In this document: piece after piece, positions 1-9,551 of the stretch
How the letters are laid out: each line of letters opens with the position of its first letter
How positions within the stretch are numbered: position 1 is the stretch's first letter
Source: Actinomycetes bacterium
Lineage (GTDB): Bacteria > Actinomycetota > Actinomycetes > S36-B12 > UBA5976
NCBI GenBank assembly: GCA_046086025.1
Contig: JBJSWT010000046.1
Span: forward strand, 1-36,858
Direction of reading: 5' to 3'
Length of the DNA: 36,858 nucleotides
Program-made: the position numbers and the translations under genes
Notes under the pieces: model-generated
Databases searched by the model: none
Told to the model about the DNA's origin: nothing
The model's input: only the letters and a program-made list of their open reading frames with translations

Positions 1-399
1 TTTAGCAACATGTTCTTCAACAAAACTTCCCATCATAAAAACTGTTGAAGTTATTAGTGATTTAACTTCAAATATGTTTTGATTATTTTTTGTGATTTCA
101 ACTTGAATTTTAGACTGAACCTTAGGTATTTCAACTACAATAAATATATTATTTGCATCCTCTAAGTTCCATGTTTCAATAATTTCAAATGGATTAGACA
201 CCATTGCTGATATATTTGCAGCAAGCTCAAGTTCTAAAATTTTTTGAATTTTAATACTAGAATTTTCTTTCAAAAATTCATAACTTATGACTTTTAAATC
301 ATTAAATCTTTGTTTTTGAAAAGAATCATTTTGAATGACCGATTTTAATTGATTCAATTCAAGATTGCTTTCAAAGTTTTGCATCAAAGGTAAAGCCAT
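1..399 (-). CDS. Partial ORF running off the left edge; hypothetical protein, possibly DUF2505/SRPBCC-like
   Basis: Not in the ORF track. My translation from ATG at 399 is open for 133 codons (MALPLMQNFES...FEIIETWNL...VEIPKVQSKI...MMGSFVEEHVAK). CAAAGT lies 6 nt upstream. The family resemblance is weak. Confidence 0.6.
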   Translation of the reverse strand, partial: MALPLMQNFESNLELNQLKSVIQNDSFQKQRFNDLKVISYEFLKENSSIKIQKILELELAANISAMVSNPFEIIETWNLEDANNIFIVVEIPKVQSKIQVEITKNNQNIFEVKSLITSTVFMMGSFVEEHVAK

Positions 400-438
400 A
401 TAGACACTTTGCCAGATATAACTGATATGTTTTACTTT

Positions 439-1287
439 ATGTCTGCATTTTTAGCACTTATCTCGAGTTTGATGTGGGGAACTGCAGATTTTTTTGGCGG
501 TTTTGTAAGTAAAAAAATTTCTGCAGTCAAAGTATTAGTTTTGTCTTATCCAGCTGGATTTTTCTTTTTACTTGTTTATGCTTTTATGTTGCCCGGAACT
601 ATTTCTGATCAAGCAATTTATTTGGGTCTTATAGCGGGAGTAGTTGGAATTTTGGCGATGGGATTTTTGTATGTCGCACTTGCCATAGGACCAATGGGGG
701 TTATGAGTCCGGTAACTGCAGCAGCTTCAACAATGATTCCAATAATTGCAGGCATATTTTTTGGAGAAAATTTAACTTGGCTTGCTTGGATTGGTATTGC
801 TTTAGCAATTATTTCTGTTTTCTTGGTAAGTCTTGAAACTTCACCAACCGGAAGTAAATTAATTGTTAGTGGAAAGGGTTTAGCTTTAGCAATACTTTCA
901 GGACTATTAATAGGTACATTTCTTTCGATTGTTGGTTTTTCTTCTGAAGCAAATGGAATGTGGACTTTAGTAATTGCAAGAGCTACTTCTTCTGTTTTAG
1001 TCATTATTTTCTTCTTTGCCAAAATTAAAGAAAAACTAAAAACCGGATATGACTCAAAAATGTTGGCTCTAGTTTTAATATCAGGGGCATTAGATGCAAG
1101 CGCTAATGCAGTTTTTGTAATTGCGGCTTATCAAGGAACTGTTTCAATAAATGCAGTTATTGCCTCTTTATACCCAGCTGCAACAGTGATTTTGGCTGCA
1201 GCATTTTTGGGTGAAAAACTAAGATTAATTCAATATCTTGGAATTAGTTTTGCATTTATAGCCGCAGGAATATTGTCGTTAGTTTAA
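439..1287 (+). CDS. EamA/DMT family transporter
   Basis: About 10 TM helices in two repeats; WGTADFFGG, GPMGVMSPV and SLYPAATVILA...LGEKL motifs. The track start is TTG 409, but ATG 439 is more likely. Confidence 0.9.
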   Translation: MSAFLALISSLMWGTADFFGGFVSKKISAVKVLVLSYPAGFFFLLVYAFMLPGTISDQAIYLGLIAGVVGILAMGFLYVALAIGPMGVMSPVTAAASTMIPIIAGIFFGENLTWLAWIGIALAIISVFLVSLETSPTGSKLIVSGKGLALAILSGLLIGTFLSIVGFSSEANGMWTLVIARATSSVLVIIFFFAKIKEKLKTGYDSKMLALVLISGALDASANAVFVIAAYQGTVSINAVIASLYPAATVILAAAFLGEKLRLIQYLGISFAFIAAGILSLV

Positions 1288-1370
1288 ATTCAGACATACC
1301 AAATTAGGTACTTACTTTGATTTATTAATTTAAATTATTTAAAACATCTTTTATTATTGGATAATTAAAG

Positions 1371-2210
1371 GTGGTTCGTATGAGTTACCAAAGTCCGAAT
1401 TTAGCAAGATCATTATTTCGGACTAAACCTGTGCCAAATTCAAAACAAGATCGAATCTTAGGTGCCCTTATGGGATCTGCGATTGGTGATGTGATGGGTA
1501 GTTGTTTACAAGGAAAAAGTAATGAAGAAATTATTAATCTTTATGGAGCAAAAGGCATCACTGCTCCTCCTCACGATTCATTAGTAAGCCATAACTTTCA
1601 ATTGGTTTTATTTGCTATTGATGCATTAATTCTTAGTGCAAGACGAAGTAAAAAATTGAGTATTCCTGAAATTTCAAACTGTCTACTTAAAGCAAGCAAT
1701 GAATGGAATTATGTTGTGAATAATCCTAAATTATTTCACGAGGAAAAAGAAAATTTAAACAATATTTGTTCTAATTTTATGAAGAATCATCCTTTATGGA
1801 AAGTAAAGAGAAGAAATCAAAACTACTTAACAACTTTGAAAGCAAATCAAATTGTTCCTTTAGCAATAGCTCTTTTCCTATTTGCGAATGAAAGGACTTC
1901 GCGAGAAGTAATAAAAGAATTAAACAAAAAACTTGGTTTTCCTGAAATAGATTTACAAGTATCAAATGTCTTAAATCTTTTTGGCGAAAGAGTTGAAGCC
2001 TCTAAAGAAGTAATTTTTCACAGCATGGAGGAGTTCAGAATAAAAATCAATAACTCCAAATATCCAGCACTAGAAGGTTTAATAGGTGGTTTTGAACAAG
2101 GAGCACATTATGGAATCAAAGGTTTTAAAAATCTGTGGTATTTAAGAATTGATGCTATTAATCTAATTGAACAAATGGGTTGGCAAGTTGGACGATTCTT
2201 TGGTATTTAG
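1371..2210 (+). CDS. ADP-ribosylglycohydrolase (DraG/ARH)-like protein with degenerate active site
   Basis: N-terminal DRILGALMGSAIGDVMG and C-terminal GAHYG...W match the family. The TDD and DxDT metal-binding motifs are missing. Confidence 0.65.
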   Translation: MVRMSYQSPNLARSLFRTKPVPNSKQDRILGALMGSAIGDVMGSCLQGKSNEEIINLYGAKGITAPPHDSLVSHNFQLVLFAIDALILSARRSKKLSIPEISNCLLKASNEWNYVVNNPKLFHEEKENLNNICSNFMKNHPLWKVKRRNQNYLTTLKANQIVPLAIALFLFANERTSREVIKELNKKLGFPEIDLQVSNVLNLFGERVEASKEVIFHSMEEFRIKINNSKYPALEGLIGGFEQGAHYGIKGFKNLWYLRIDAINLIEQMGWQVGRFFGI

Positions 2211-2950
2211 TTAGTTTGAATAAACAAATAGATTGCAGCAATTGCTGCAATAATCAAAATAATAAGTCTAAAAATCGAAGCATCTAATTTTTGAGCTATT
2301 CTTCCTCCCAAAACTCCTCCAATAATTGAACCAAGAGCTACGGCAAGTGCAAATTTCCAAACAACCAAACCTGAAAGAATGAAAATAAAAGCTGCTATGG
2401 CATTACCAGCTCCAGATCCAAGATTTTTTAAACCATTTGCTTGCTGAATATTTGCTAATCCTGCTAAACCATAAATTGCTAAAAGAATCACCCCAGTGCC
2501 AGCTCCAAAGTAGCCCACATAAATACCTGAAACAATAAAATCTGGAATAACTAATTTAAGAGATACATTTTTACTTTGTTTAGGAAATAATTTGGAAACA
2601 AATGGCGGAATTGCCACTAATAAACCAGCAGTACCAATCAAGAATGGCACAATAAATTCAAAATTCTTTTCTGGTAAACGAAGTAATAGCAAAGCACCAA
2701 AAAAAGAAAACAACGGCATAAAAATTATAGAAAGAAGTGCTAATTTTTTGTTTTCTAGTAATAATTTTCTATAAGTCCAACTTCCAGCAAGAGATCCTGG
2801 AAAAACTCCTACCGCAGCAGTTACGTTTGCAACTAGAGGTGAAAGCCCTAGCGCTACAAGAGTTGGAAAAACAATTAGAGTTCCACCACCTGCAACGACA
2901 TTTAAGAAGCCACTTGCCATTCCTGCAAAAAGTGCAAGCAATAATTCCAT
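2207..2950 (-). CDS. TauE/SafE (TSUP) family permease
   Basis: GFLNVVAGGGTL and GIYVGYFGAGTG repeats. The likely ATG at 2950 overlaps the bioY stop (TAATG); the track start is 2971. Confidence 0.88.
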   Translation of the reverse strand: MELLLALFAGMASGFLNVVAGGGTLIVFPTLVALGLSPLVANVTAAVGVFPGSLAGSWTYRKLLLENKKLALLSIIFMPLFSFFGALLLLRLPEKNFEFIVPFLIGTAGLLVAIPPFVSKLFPKQSKNVSLKLVIPDFIVSGIYVGYFGAGTGVILLAIYGLAGLANIQQANGLKNLGSGAGNAIAAFIFILSGLVVWKFALAVALGSIIGGVLGGRIAQKLDASIFRLIILIIAAIAAIYLFIQTN

Positions 2951-3528
2951 TACTTTTTGATTAGTTTCCAAGTAACTGGAAGTAAAGAAGCAGCCAGTAG
3001 CGCTTTTACGATATCGCCCAGGACAAAAGGTAATACTCCTTTTGAAATTCCATAAGCTAAACCATTACCTGTATAGAAAGCTAACCAAGTAGCACCAAAG
3101 AAATAGATTAGAAAAGTTCCTAGAAAGAAACCAACAAATACGTTAATAAATTTACGGGTCGATAACTGTTTTGCTACGAGTCCAACCACATAACTTGAAA
3201 CTAAAAATGCAAATAGGTAACCAGCAGTGGCACCAAAAAGTGCTTCAACTCCACCCTTATCGGATGCTAAAACTGGAAAACCAATTGCTGCAATAAGTAG
3301 GTAAATAAATTGCGCCATGGTTGACTTATATGGACCAATTGCTGCTGCGCCAAACAAAATTGCAAAAGTTTGCAGCGTCATTGGTACAGGTGTAAAAGGA
3401 AGGGGAATAACAACTTGGGCACTTATGATCGTTAAAAGAGTCAAAGCACCAACTTGAACGTAAGTAGAGCTCTTGGATTTTTCCCAAATTGAATCGATTA
3501 CATATGGTGAAGAAATAGTTGTGCTCAA
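2950..3528 (-). CDS. bioY: Biotin transporter BioY (ECF S-component)
   Basis: PFTPVPMTLQT, GATAGYL and PFVLGDIVK motifs; AAAGGA upstream of a TTG start. Confidence 0.93.
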   Translation of the reverse strand: MSTTISSPYVIDSIWEKSKSSTYVQVGALTLLTIISAQVVIPLPFTPVPMTLQTFAILFGAAAIGPYKSTMAQFIYLLIAAIGFPVLASDKGGVEALFGATAGYLFAFLVSSYVVGLVAKQLSTRKFINVFVGFFLGTFLIYFFGATWLAFYTGNGLAYGISKGVLPFVLGDIVKALLAASLLPVTWKLIKK

Positions 3529-3556
3529 AATAAATCCTTTTCTAGGTGACTAGATG

Positions 3557-4495
3557 TTACCAATTAACTTCACTTCGATACGGGGGATTGGCCCCTTGTC
3601 TTGAACAAGTTATTCCTGCAGCATGAGCACAATTTTGAAGCACAACTTCTAATTCAGTATTTTTCAAGGACTTTAACTTTTCAACTGAAGTTATACCTTT
3701 TTCAATTAATTGTGCAAGAAAAGCTGCCGAAAAAGTGTCACCAGCACCAATTGTGTCTATTACTGCAACATCTTTGGCTAATATTTCAAATTCATTTTTT
3801 TCTTTTGTTAATACCCAAGCACCATCTTTTCCTTTGGTAATAATTACAATTTCAGTTCCATTATCTATAAGCTTTTCTGCATGAGTTTTGAAGTTTTTAG
3901 ATTCATATATCCATTCAAAATCTTCATCACTTGCTTTAACAATATGTGATATTGAACAAAGTCTTTTAGCTCGATTCCTTACATCATTTGTCTTTTGTCC
4001 ATCCAAAGGATGTCTGATATTTGGATCAAAACTTAGTAATAAATTAGTTTCTTTACCTAAGTTGCTAAACCATTTCTCAACTACAGATGCACCAGGTTCT
4101 ACATAAGAAGTTAGGGAACCTAAATGGACAAATTTGAAATCACTTTCATCAAAATCTAGTTCTTTACTAGTCCACCCGAAATCAGAGGCGCCAATCAAAT
4201 TAGCTTCATATTTTGCTGATCTATCGTTTTGAATAAATGCTTTTATAACTGTTGAAGGTTCATCCCCAATTACCCCAATACTTAAATCCACATTTTCATT
4301 TTCTAAGTATTTTCTAATAATTTTGCCAAATTCATCTGTTGAGGTTCTAGATTTCATGAATGTATTTACGCCTAGTCTTGATAAGGCAACGGCAGTGTTT
4401 GCAGGAGATCCACCCACAATATTTTGAACTTCTCCATTGGGTGAGTGAACTACATCAATTAAGGCTTCACCGATGACAAGGATTTTAGAAGTCAT
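3557..4495 (-). CDS. PfkB family carbohydrate kinase (fructokinase-like)
   Basis: GEALID, GGSPANTA, SFDPNIR, KASDED and DTIGAGDTF motifs. Confidence 0.9.
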   Translation of the reverse strand: MTSKILVIGEALIDVVHSPNGEVQNIVGGSPANTAVALSRLGVNTFMKSRTSTDEFGKIIRKYLENENVDLSIGVIGDEPSTVIKAFIQNDRSAKYEANLIGASDFGWTSKELDFDESDFKFVHLGSLTSYVEPGASVVEKWFSNLGKETNLLLSFDPNIRHPLDGQKTNDVRNRAKRLCSISHIVKASDEDFEWIYESKNFKTHAEKLIDNGTEIVIITKGKDGAWVLTKEKNEFEILAKDVAVIDTIGAGDTFSAAFLAQLIEKGITSVEKLKSLKNTELEVVLQNCAHAAGITCSRQGANPPYRSEVNW

Positions 4496-4521
4496 TATTT
4501 AATTATATTTAAATTAAATAA

Positions 4522-5340
4522 TTAACGTCTACGTACTTTTTGCACTACTTTATAAATTGCCACCAACAGCGCAAGTAAAAGTACCCAAGGAAGAATTAGG
4601 CCAAATATAGATGTCAGATTGATTACAAAATTAAGCATCGCATAGAAACCCTTTTCAAGGCCTTGGACAAATCCAATTGGTTTTATGGTGTTTAGATATT
4701 CGGGAAGATACATGGAAACATATATTGCAGACATATCTACCTGTTGACTCAAATATTTCATTTGCGCATTTAATGAATCTAATTCTGCTTGTCTTTCAGC
4801 TAATGCACTTTCTGCTGCTATCAAATCTGATGCATTTGTTGCACTTGAAATTAATTCCTTAAAACGCGTAATAGAAGTTTCAAGTGATGAAATTCTTGCT
4901 TCAAGATCTACTTTTTGCATCGTTACATCAGAACTTGAAAGTGAATAATTTTCAACTTCTCCTACAGTTCTTAATTTTTCGACAGTATTTTCTAATTGAT
5001 CTGCAGGCACTCTGATAGTTAAATTAGCACCGTTAATCTCGTTTGTTCCTGGATTTTTATATATAGAAGAATCATCAACTTGTCCATTAAATTCTTTTGC
5101 AATGGAAGTTGCGTTATCTACTGCTTTTTGAATATCTTTAACGCGAAAAGAAAGGGAAGCTGTTTTAATTACTGCCCTAGTATCAGGTGCAGTTGCCATT
5201 TTATTATCCATTGCAATTTCAGCACCTGGCATTGGCATAGAACCTGAACTCATACTTGAAGAATCCGTGGTAGATACACCACATGCAGTTAAGGCAAATG
5301 TCACAAAAAATATCGCGAAAATACTGATTCGTTTATTCAA
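4522..5340 (-). CDS. DUF4349 family lipoprotein
   Basis: Lipobox ALTAC; VIKTASL, ANLTIRVPA and DVT..VDLEAR coiled coil; C-terminal TM helix followed by RRR. Confidence 0.85.
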   Translation of the reverse strand: MNKRISIFAIFFVTFALTACGVSTTDSSSMSSGSMPMPGAEIAMDNKMATAPDTRAVIKTASLSFRVKDIQKAVDNATSIAKEFNGQVDDSSIYKNPGTNEINGANLTIRVPADQLENTVEKLRTVGEVENYSLSSSDVTMQKVDLEARISSLETSITRFKELISSATNASDLIAAESALAERQAELDSLNAQMKYLSQQVDMSAIYVSMYLPEYLNTIKPIGFVQGLEKGFYAMLNFVINLTSIFGLILPWVLLLALLVAIYKVVQKVRRR

Positions 5341-5449
5341 ATTAAACTCCCGTGATTTAATTTAATACTTTCATTTATTTGGTTTTTATGCAATTTTCAC
5401 ACGATAACAATCGTTTAACTTTTAGATTTCTTTTATATAACTTTAAGAA

Positions 5450-5478
5450 TTGAACCCTTAAGGGTTTAACTATATGAT
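5450..5478 (+). promoter_or_regulatory. Sigma-A type promoter for glpD overlapped by a perfect palindrome
   Basis: TTGAAC (5450-5455), 17 nt spacer, TATGAT (5473-5478). The palindrome AACCCTTAAGGGTT spans 5453-5466. Confidence 0.55.
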
Positions 5479-5512
5479 TTACTTATATAAATCGATAAAA
5501 TGTGAGGCTTAC

Positions 5513-7060
5513 TTGGAATCAAGACAGCATCACTTAAATAACCTCAAAGATAAAAATTTTCAAGTTGCAATTGTTGGTGCAGGAATAAATGGCGCTGTTT
5601 CTGCTGCGGCACTAGCCGCAGGGGGAGTAAAAGTTGCCTTGATTGACCGAGGCGATTTTGCTGGAGTCACAAGTCAAGAATCTTCCAATATGGTTTGGGG
5701 CGGAATTAAATATTTACAAACCTATGAAATTCCTTTGGTGTGGAATTTATGTGGTTCAAGAAATCATTTATTAGATGCTTTTCCAAATCGAATCAAAGCA
5801 ATTTCTTTTTTAGCTGCAATTGGTCCAACAGCACCATTTGGAAGATTTTTAGGAGCATTGGGAACAATTCTTTATTGGGTTTTAGGAAGATTTAAAACTA
5901 AACCACCTAAAGTTTATTCTCCAGAAGAAACTTCTGAAGTCGAAAATTTAATAAATTCAAATGGTTTAAAAGGAGCAGTTCGATACGACGATGCGCTTTT
6001 AATTGATAATGATGCAAGATTTGTTTGGGATTTTGTCAAAAACGCTAAAGACCACGGTGCAATTACTGCAAATTATGTTTCAATGCAGGATGCCAAGAAT
6101 GAAGATGGAAAATGGAAATTATTTTTAAAGGATGAATTATCTAGCGATGAATTTCAAATTAAAGCAGACGTTGTAATAAATGCAGGTGGACCTTTTGGAA
6201 AAGATTTAACTTCTAAATTTCACGATCAAACTTTGCACCAATTAGCTTTATCAAAAGGTATTCATTTAGTTGTTCCTAAGTTAACAACTAATAATCGTGT
6301 GCTGGCTTTTTTTGATGATAAAGGAAGATTATTTTACGTAATTCCGATGCAAGATAGAAGCGTAATTGGGACAACAGATACCCGAGTAGAAAATCCGGTC
6401 AGTGAAGTTACCGATGAAGATAGGGATTTTGTTTTGGAGCAAGCAAATCGTTGTTTAAATCTGGTTAAACCTTTGACTAAAGATGACATTATTTCAGAAA
6501 GATGCGGAGTAAGACCTTTAGTTGTAAAAGGTAAAAAAGATGTATCAAAAATTGAATGGACAGCATTGTCTAGAAAACATGAAATTGAAGTTAATAAGAA
6601 AACTAAAATTATTACAATTTTTGGTGGCAAGTTAACAGATTGCGTTAACGTTGGTGAAGAAATAGTTGACTATGTGCGAAAACTTGGAATTTCAATTCCC
6701 AAAGTTAAAAAGTGGTACGGCGAAGATGATCAAAAAATATTCAAAACATTTGAAACAGACTTTAAGCAACTAATTGGAATATCTGAAAATGATATTGAAG
6801 TTATAGCACCTGCAATTTGGAGAAGACACGGAAATGAATCTTTTAAAATATTGGAGATTATGAAACAAGATCCTCAAAATCGAGTAAGAATTTTTCCTGA
6901 TCTTGATCTAACTTATGCAGAAACTCTTTTTATTGCTCAAAATGAAATGGTGCAAATGCCTGAGGATATCTGGAGAAGAAGAACCGCGATTTCATTATTG
7001 AGAACAAAAGAAGAAATGGCACAGAACCCTTTAATTCAGCGAATAAATTCCTTAATTTAA
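5513..7060 (+). CDS. glpD: FAD-dependent glycerol-3-phosphate dehydrogenase/oxidase family protein
   Basis: GAGING FAD motif, TSQESS..VWGGIKYL, SKGIHLV, IGTTD, GVRPL and GGKLT. TTG 5513 after GAGG is preferred because the track ATG at 5474 lies inside the predicted -10 box. Confidence 0.85.
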   Translation: MESRQHHLNNLKDKNFQVAIVGAGINGAVSAAALAAGGVKVALIDRGDFAGVTSQESSNMVWGGIKYLQTYEIPLVWNLCGSRNHLLDAFPNRIKAISFLAAIGPTAPFGRFLGALGTILYWVLGRFKTKPPKVYSPEETSEVENLINSNGLKGAVRYDDALLIDNDARFVWDFVKNAKDHGAITANYVSMQDAKNEDGKWKLFLKDELSSDEFQIKADVVINAGGPFGKDLTSKFHDQTLHQLALSKGIHLVVPKLTTNNRVLAFFDDKGRLFYVIPMQDRSVIGTTDTRVENPVSEVTDEDRDFVLEQANRCLNLVKPLTKDDIISERCGVRPLVVKGKKDVSKIEWTALSRKHEIEVNKKTKIITIFGGKLTDCVNVGEEIVDYVRKLGISIPKVKKWYGEDDQKIFKTFETDFKQLIGISENDIEVIAPAIWRRHGNESFKILEIMKQDPQNRVRIFPDLDLTYAETLFIAQNEMVQMPEDIWRRRTAISLLRTKEEMAQNPLIQRINSLI

Positions 7061-7107
7061 GTATTGGGTGTAAATTTCTAATCTAAAGAGCGTAGTCTTG
7101 GATAACT

Positions 7108-7503
7108 ATGACAAACATTGACTGGCAATTACTAAGAAGCCAAGCGAAGATAGCTCAGCAAAATGCCTATGCAAGTTATTCAAATTTTCCAGTAGGAGCA
7201 GCTGCATTAGTTGATGATGGCAGAGTTGTCACAGGTTGCAATGTAGAAAATGCATCATATGGTTTAACTCTTTGTGCTGAATGTGGTTTAGTTTCTCAAC
7301 TTGCATTAACTGGTGGGGGAAGACTAGTCGCATTTTCTTGTGTTGGTCCTGAACCAGGAATTTTGTTACCTTGTGGAAGATGTAGACAATTACTTCAAGA
7401 ACACGGTGGAAGTGATTTATTAATTGATCACAATGATGGTCCAAAAAAACTAAGTGCACTTCTTCCAGATGCTTTTGATGGAAGTAACTTACATAAAAAA
7501 TGA
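7108..7503 (+). CDS. cdd: Cytidine deaminase (homotetrameric type)
   Basis: YSNFPVGAA, GCNVEN, CAE and PCGRCRQ zinc motifs. Confidence 0.95.
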   Translation: MTNIDWQLLRSQAKIAQQNAYASYSNFPVGAAALVDDGRVVTGCNVENASYGLTLCAECGLVSQLALTGGGRLVAFSCVGPEPGILLPCGRCRQLLQEHGGSDLLIDHNDGPKKLSALLPDAFDGSNLHKK

Positions 7504-8243
7504 ATTCACCATTAGGGATAATTGCTGGTACTGGTTTTTATTCACTTTCTCCACTGGAAAATAGTGAAGTTAAAGTTATTGAAACTAAGTACGGTTCTGC
7601 TCAGGTAACTGAAGGAACTTGGCATGGGCGTAAAACTTATTTTTTAACAAGACATGGAGTAAAACATTCAGTTCCGCCTCATAAAATAAATTATCGAGCA
7701 AATATTCAAGCATTATGTGACTTGGGTGTTGAAGAAGTTTTAGCAGTAAATGTATGCGGTGGTTTAGATAAAACAGTTCCAGTTGGTGGATTTCAAGTTG
7801 TAGATGACTTTATTGACTTTACAAAAAATAGAACTTTAACTTTCTTTGATGGCGAAGAAGGTGTTAATCATGTTGATATGAATGAACCTTATGCTCAAAA
7901 CTTAAGAAAAGTCTTACTACAGGCTGGTAAAAATTTGAATATTCAAATTTCTGATGGTGGAATCTACGGAGGTTTTGAAGGTCCAAGGTTTGAAACTAAA
8001 GCTGAAATTCAAATGGCAAAACAATTTGGCGTAACAATGGTGGGAATGACTGGAGTTCCAGAAGTTGTCTTAGCAGTAGAAAAAGGTTTGCAATATGCAG
8101 CCATTTGTATTGTGGCAAATCCTGGTGCTGGATTAAGTGAGGACATAATCACTATGGAAGATGTTCAAAAAGTGGTATCAGATTCAGCAAAGACAGTTGT
8201 AAAAATTCTAGATGAAGCAACAAAAATATTGGCAGAAAAATAA
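7500..8243 (+). CDS. mtnP: MTAP-family phosphorylase, probably methylthioinosine (6-oxopurine) type
   Basis: GIIAGTG, RHG..H..PPH.INYRANI, EGPRFETKAE and VGMT motifs. The base-specificity position reads VANPGAG (Asn) rather than TDYD. Confidence 0.85.
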   Translation: MNSPLGIIAGTGFYSLSPLENSEVKVIETKYGSAQVTEGTWHGRKTYFLTRHGVKHSVPPHKINYRANIQALCDLGVEEVLAVNVCGGLDKTVPVGGFQVVDDFIDFTKNRTLTFFDGEEGVNHVDMNEPYAQNLRKVLLQAGKNLNIQISDGGIYGGFEGPRFETKAEIQMAKQFGVTMVGMTGVPEVVLAVEKGLQYAAICIVANPGAGLSEDIITMEDVQKVVSDSAKTVVKILDEATKILAEK

Positions 8244-9551
8244 ATGAGTCAAAAAGCAGATTTAATCCTCCACAACGTTCAAATAGCACTAACAGTAAAT
8301 CAAAAATCTGAAGTTTTAAAAAATGTAAGTATTTTAATTAAAGATAAAAAAATTACAAATATTATCTCTTCGGAACAAATTAATTTAGTTGAGTTTGAAA
8401 AAATTATTGACTGTTCCCATCATTTAGTTATGCCAGGTTTAATAAACACGCACACTCATACCCCCATGGTTCTTTTAAGAGGAATTGCAGAAGATGTTGA
8501 TTTGCAAGGATTCTTAGAAAAAGTTTGGGCTGAAGAAGCAAGAATTATGAATGAAAAGGGAACATACATAGGTGCAAAATTAGGTGCTTTAGAAGCACTC
8601 TTAGGAGGTACTACTTGCACTTTAGATATGTATTTGCATCCACACATGGCACACAAAGGAGCAGTTGAAGTTGGTTTAAGACATGCAATCGGTCCAGTAT
8701 TTTTTGATTTTGAAGGACCAGATGGATTGGATTGGGATAAAAGAATTGAATACTTAAAAAATTGGAAAAAAGTAATTGATGAAATAGGTGGAGCCTTTAT
8801 TCCATTAGTTGCACAACCTCATTCAACTTATACAGTTTCGCCAGAAAATTTAGCTCAAGTTGCAAAAATTTCGCAAGAAATCGGAGCAATTTTTAACACC
8901 CATATTTCAGAAAACCAAAAAGAAAATGATGATGTTTATGGTAAATATCAAAAGTCACCTACAAAAGTGCTTGCTGATATTAATGCCCTTGATAATGCAG
9001 TTTTTGCTCACGCTGTGAAATTAAATGACGAAGACCGAGAAATAGTTAAGAAGAATCAAGTTAGTTTATGTCATTGCCCTGGATCAAATTTAAAATTAGC
9101 AAGTGGTGCTTTCGAATGGAAAAAAGCTATAGATAAAGGAATTAATGTTTCACTAGGCACAGATGGTTGTTCTTCAAGTAACGATTTAGACATGTTCAAT
9201 GTAATGAGACAAGCTGCAAATTTAGCAAAATTAATTAATGAAGATCCATCAGTTGTTTCAGTTTCTGAAGTAGTAAGAGCTGCCACAATTAACGGCGCAA
9301 AAACTTTAGGTTTAGAAGATCGAATTGGAAGTATTGAAATTGGCAAAGAAGCAGATTTAATTGTTTTGGATTTAGATCAGCCCCATTTAGTGCCAGTGGG
9401 TGATCCTCACGCTTTGATTGTTTATGCAGCAGGAAGAGCTGATGTCGTGCATGTTTTGGTAGCAGGAGATCCTGTCATCGTGGATAGAGTTCCAACCAAA
9501 GTTGATAAAGATTTCATAATTAAAGAAGCAAGAAATCACATCGCAAAATGA
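8244..9551 (+). CDS. mtaD: MtaD-like 5'-methylthioadenosine/5'-deoxyadenosine deaminase (amidohydrolase)
   Basis: PGLINTHTH..M.LLRG, HISE, HCPGSNLKLASG and LGTDG..S.NDLDM motifs; directly follows the MTAP-family gene. Confidence 0.8.
   Translation: MSQKADLILHNVQIALTVNQKSEVLKNVSILIKDKKITNIISSEQINLVEFEKIIDCSHHLVMPGLINTHTHTPMVLLRGIAEDVDLQGFLEKVWAEEARIMNEKGTYIGAKLGALEALLGGTTCTLDMYLHPHMAHKGAVEVGLRHAIGPVFFDFEGPDGLDWDKRIEYLKNWKKVIDEIGGAFIPLVAQPHSTYTVSPENLAQVAKISQEIGAIFNTHISENQKENDDVYGKYQKSPTKVLADINALDNAVFAHAVKLNDEDREIVKKNQVSLCHCPGSNLKLASGAFEWKKAIDKGINVSLGTDGCSSSNDLDMFNVMRQAANLAKLINEDPSVVSVSEVVRAATINGAKTLGLEDRIGSIEIGKEADLIVLDLDQPHLVPVGDPHALIVYAAGRADVVHVLVAGDPVIVDRVPTKVDKDFIIKEARNHIAK

Noticed and set aside
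4496-4520. AT-only inverted repeat TATTTAATT/AATTAAATA
   Set aside because: Too weak and expected by chance at this base composition.
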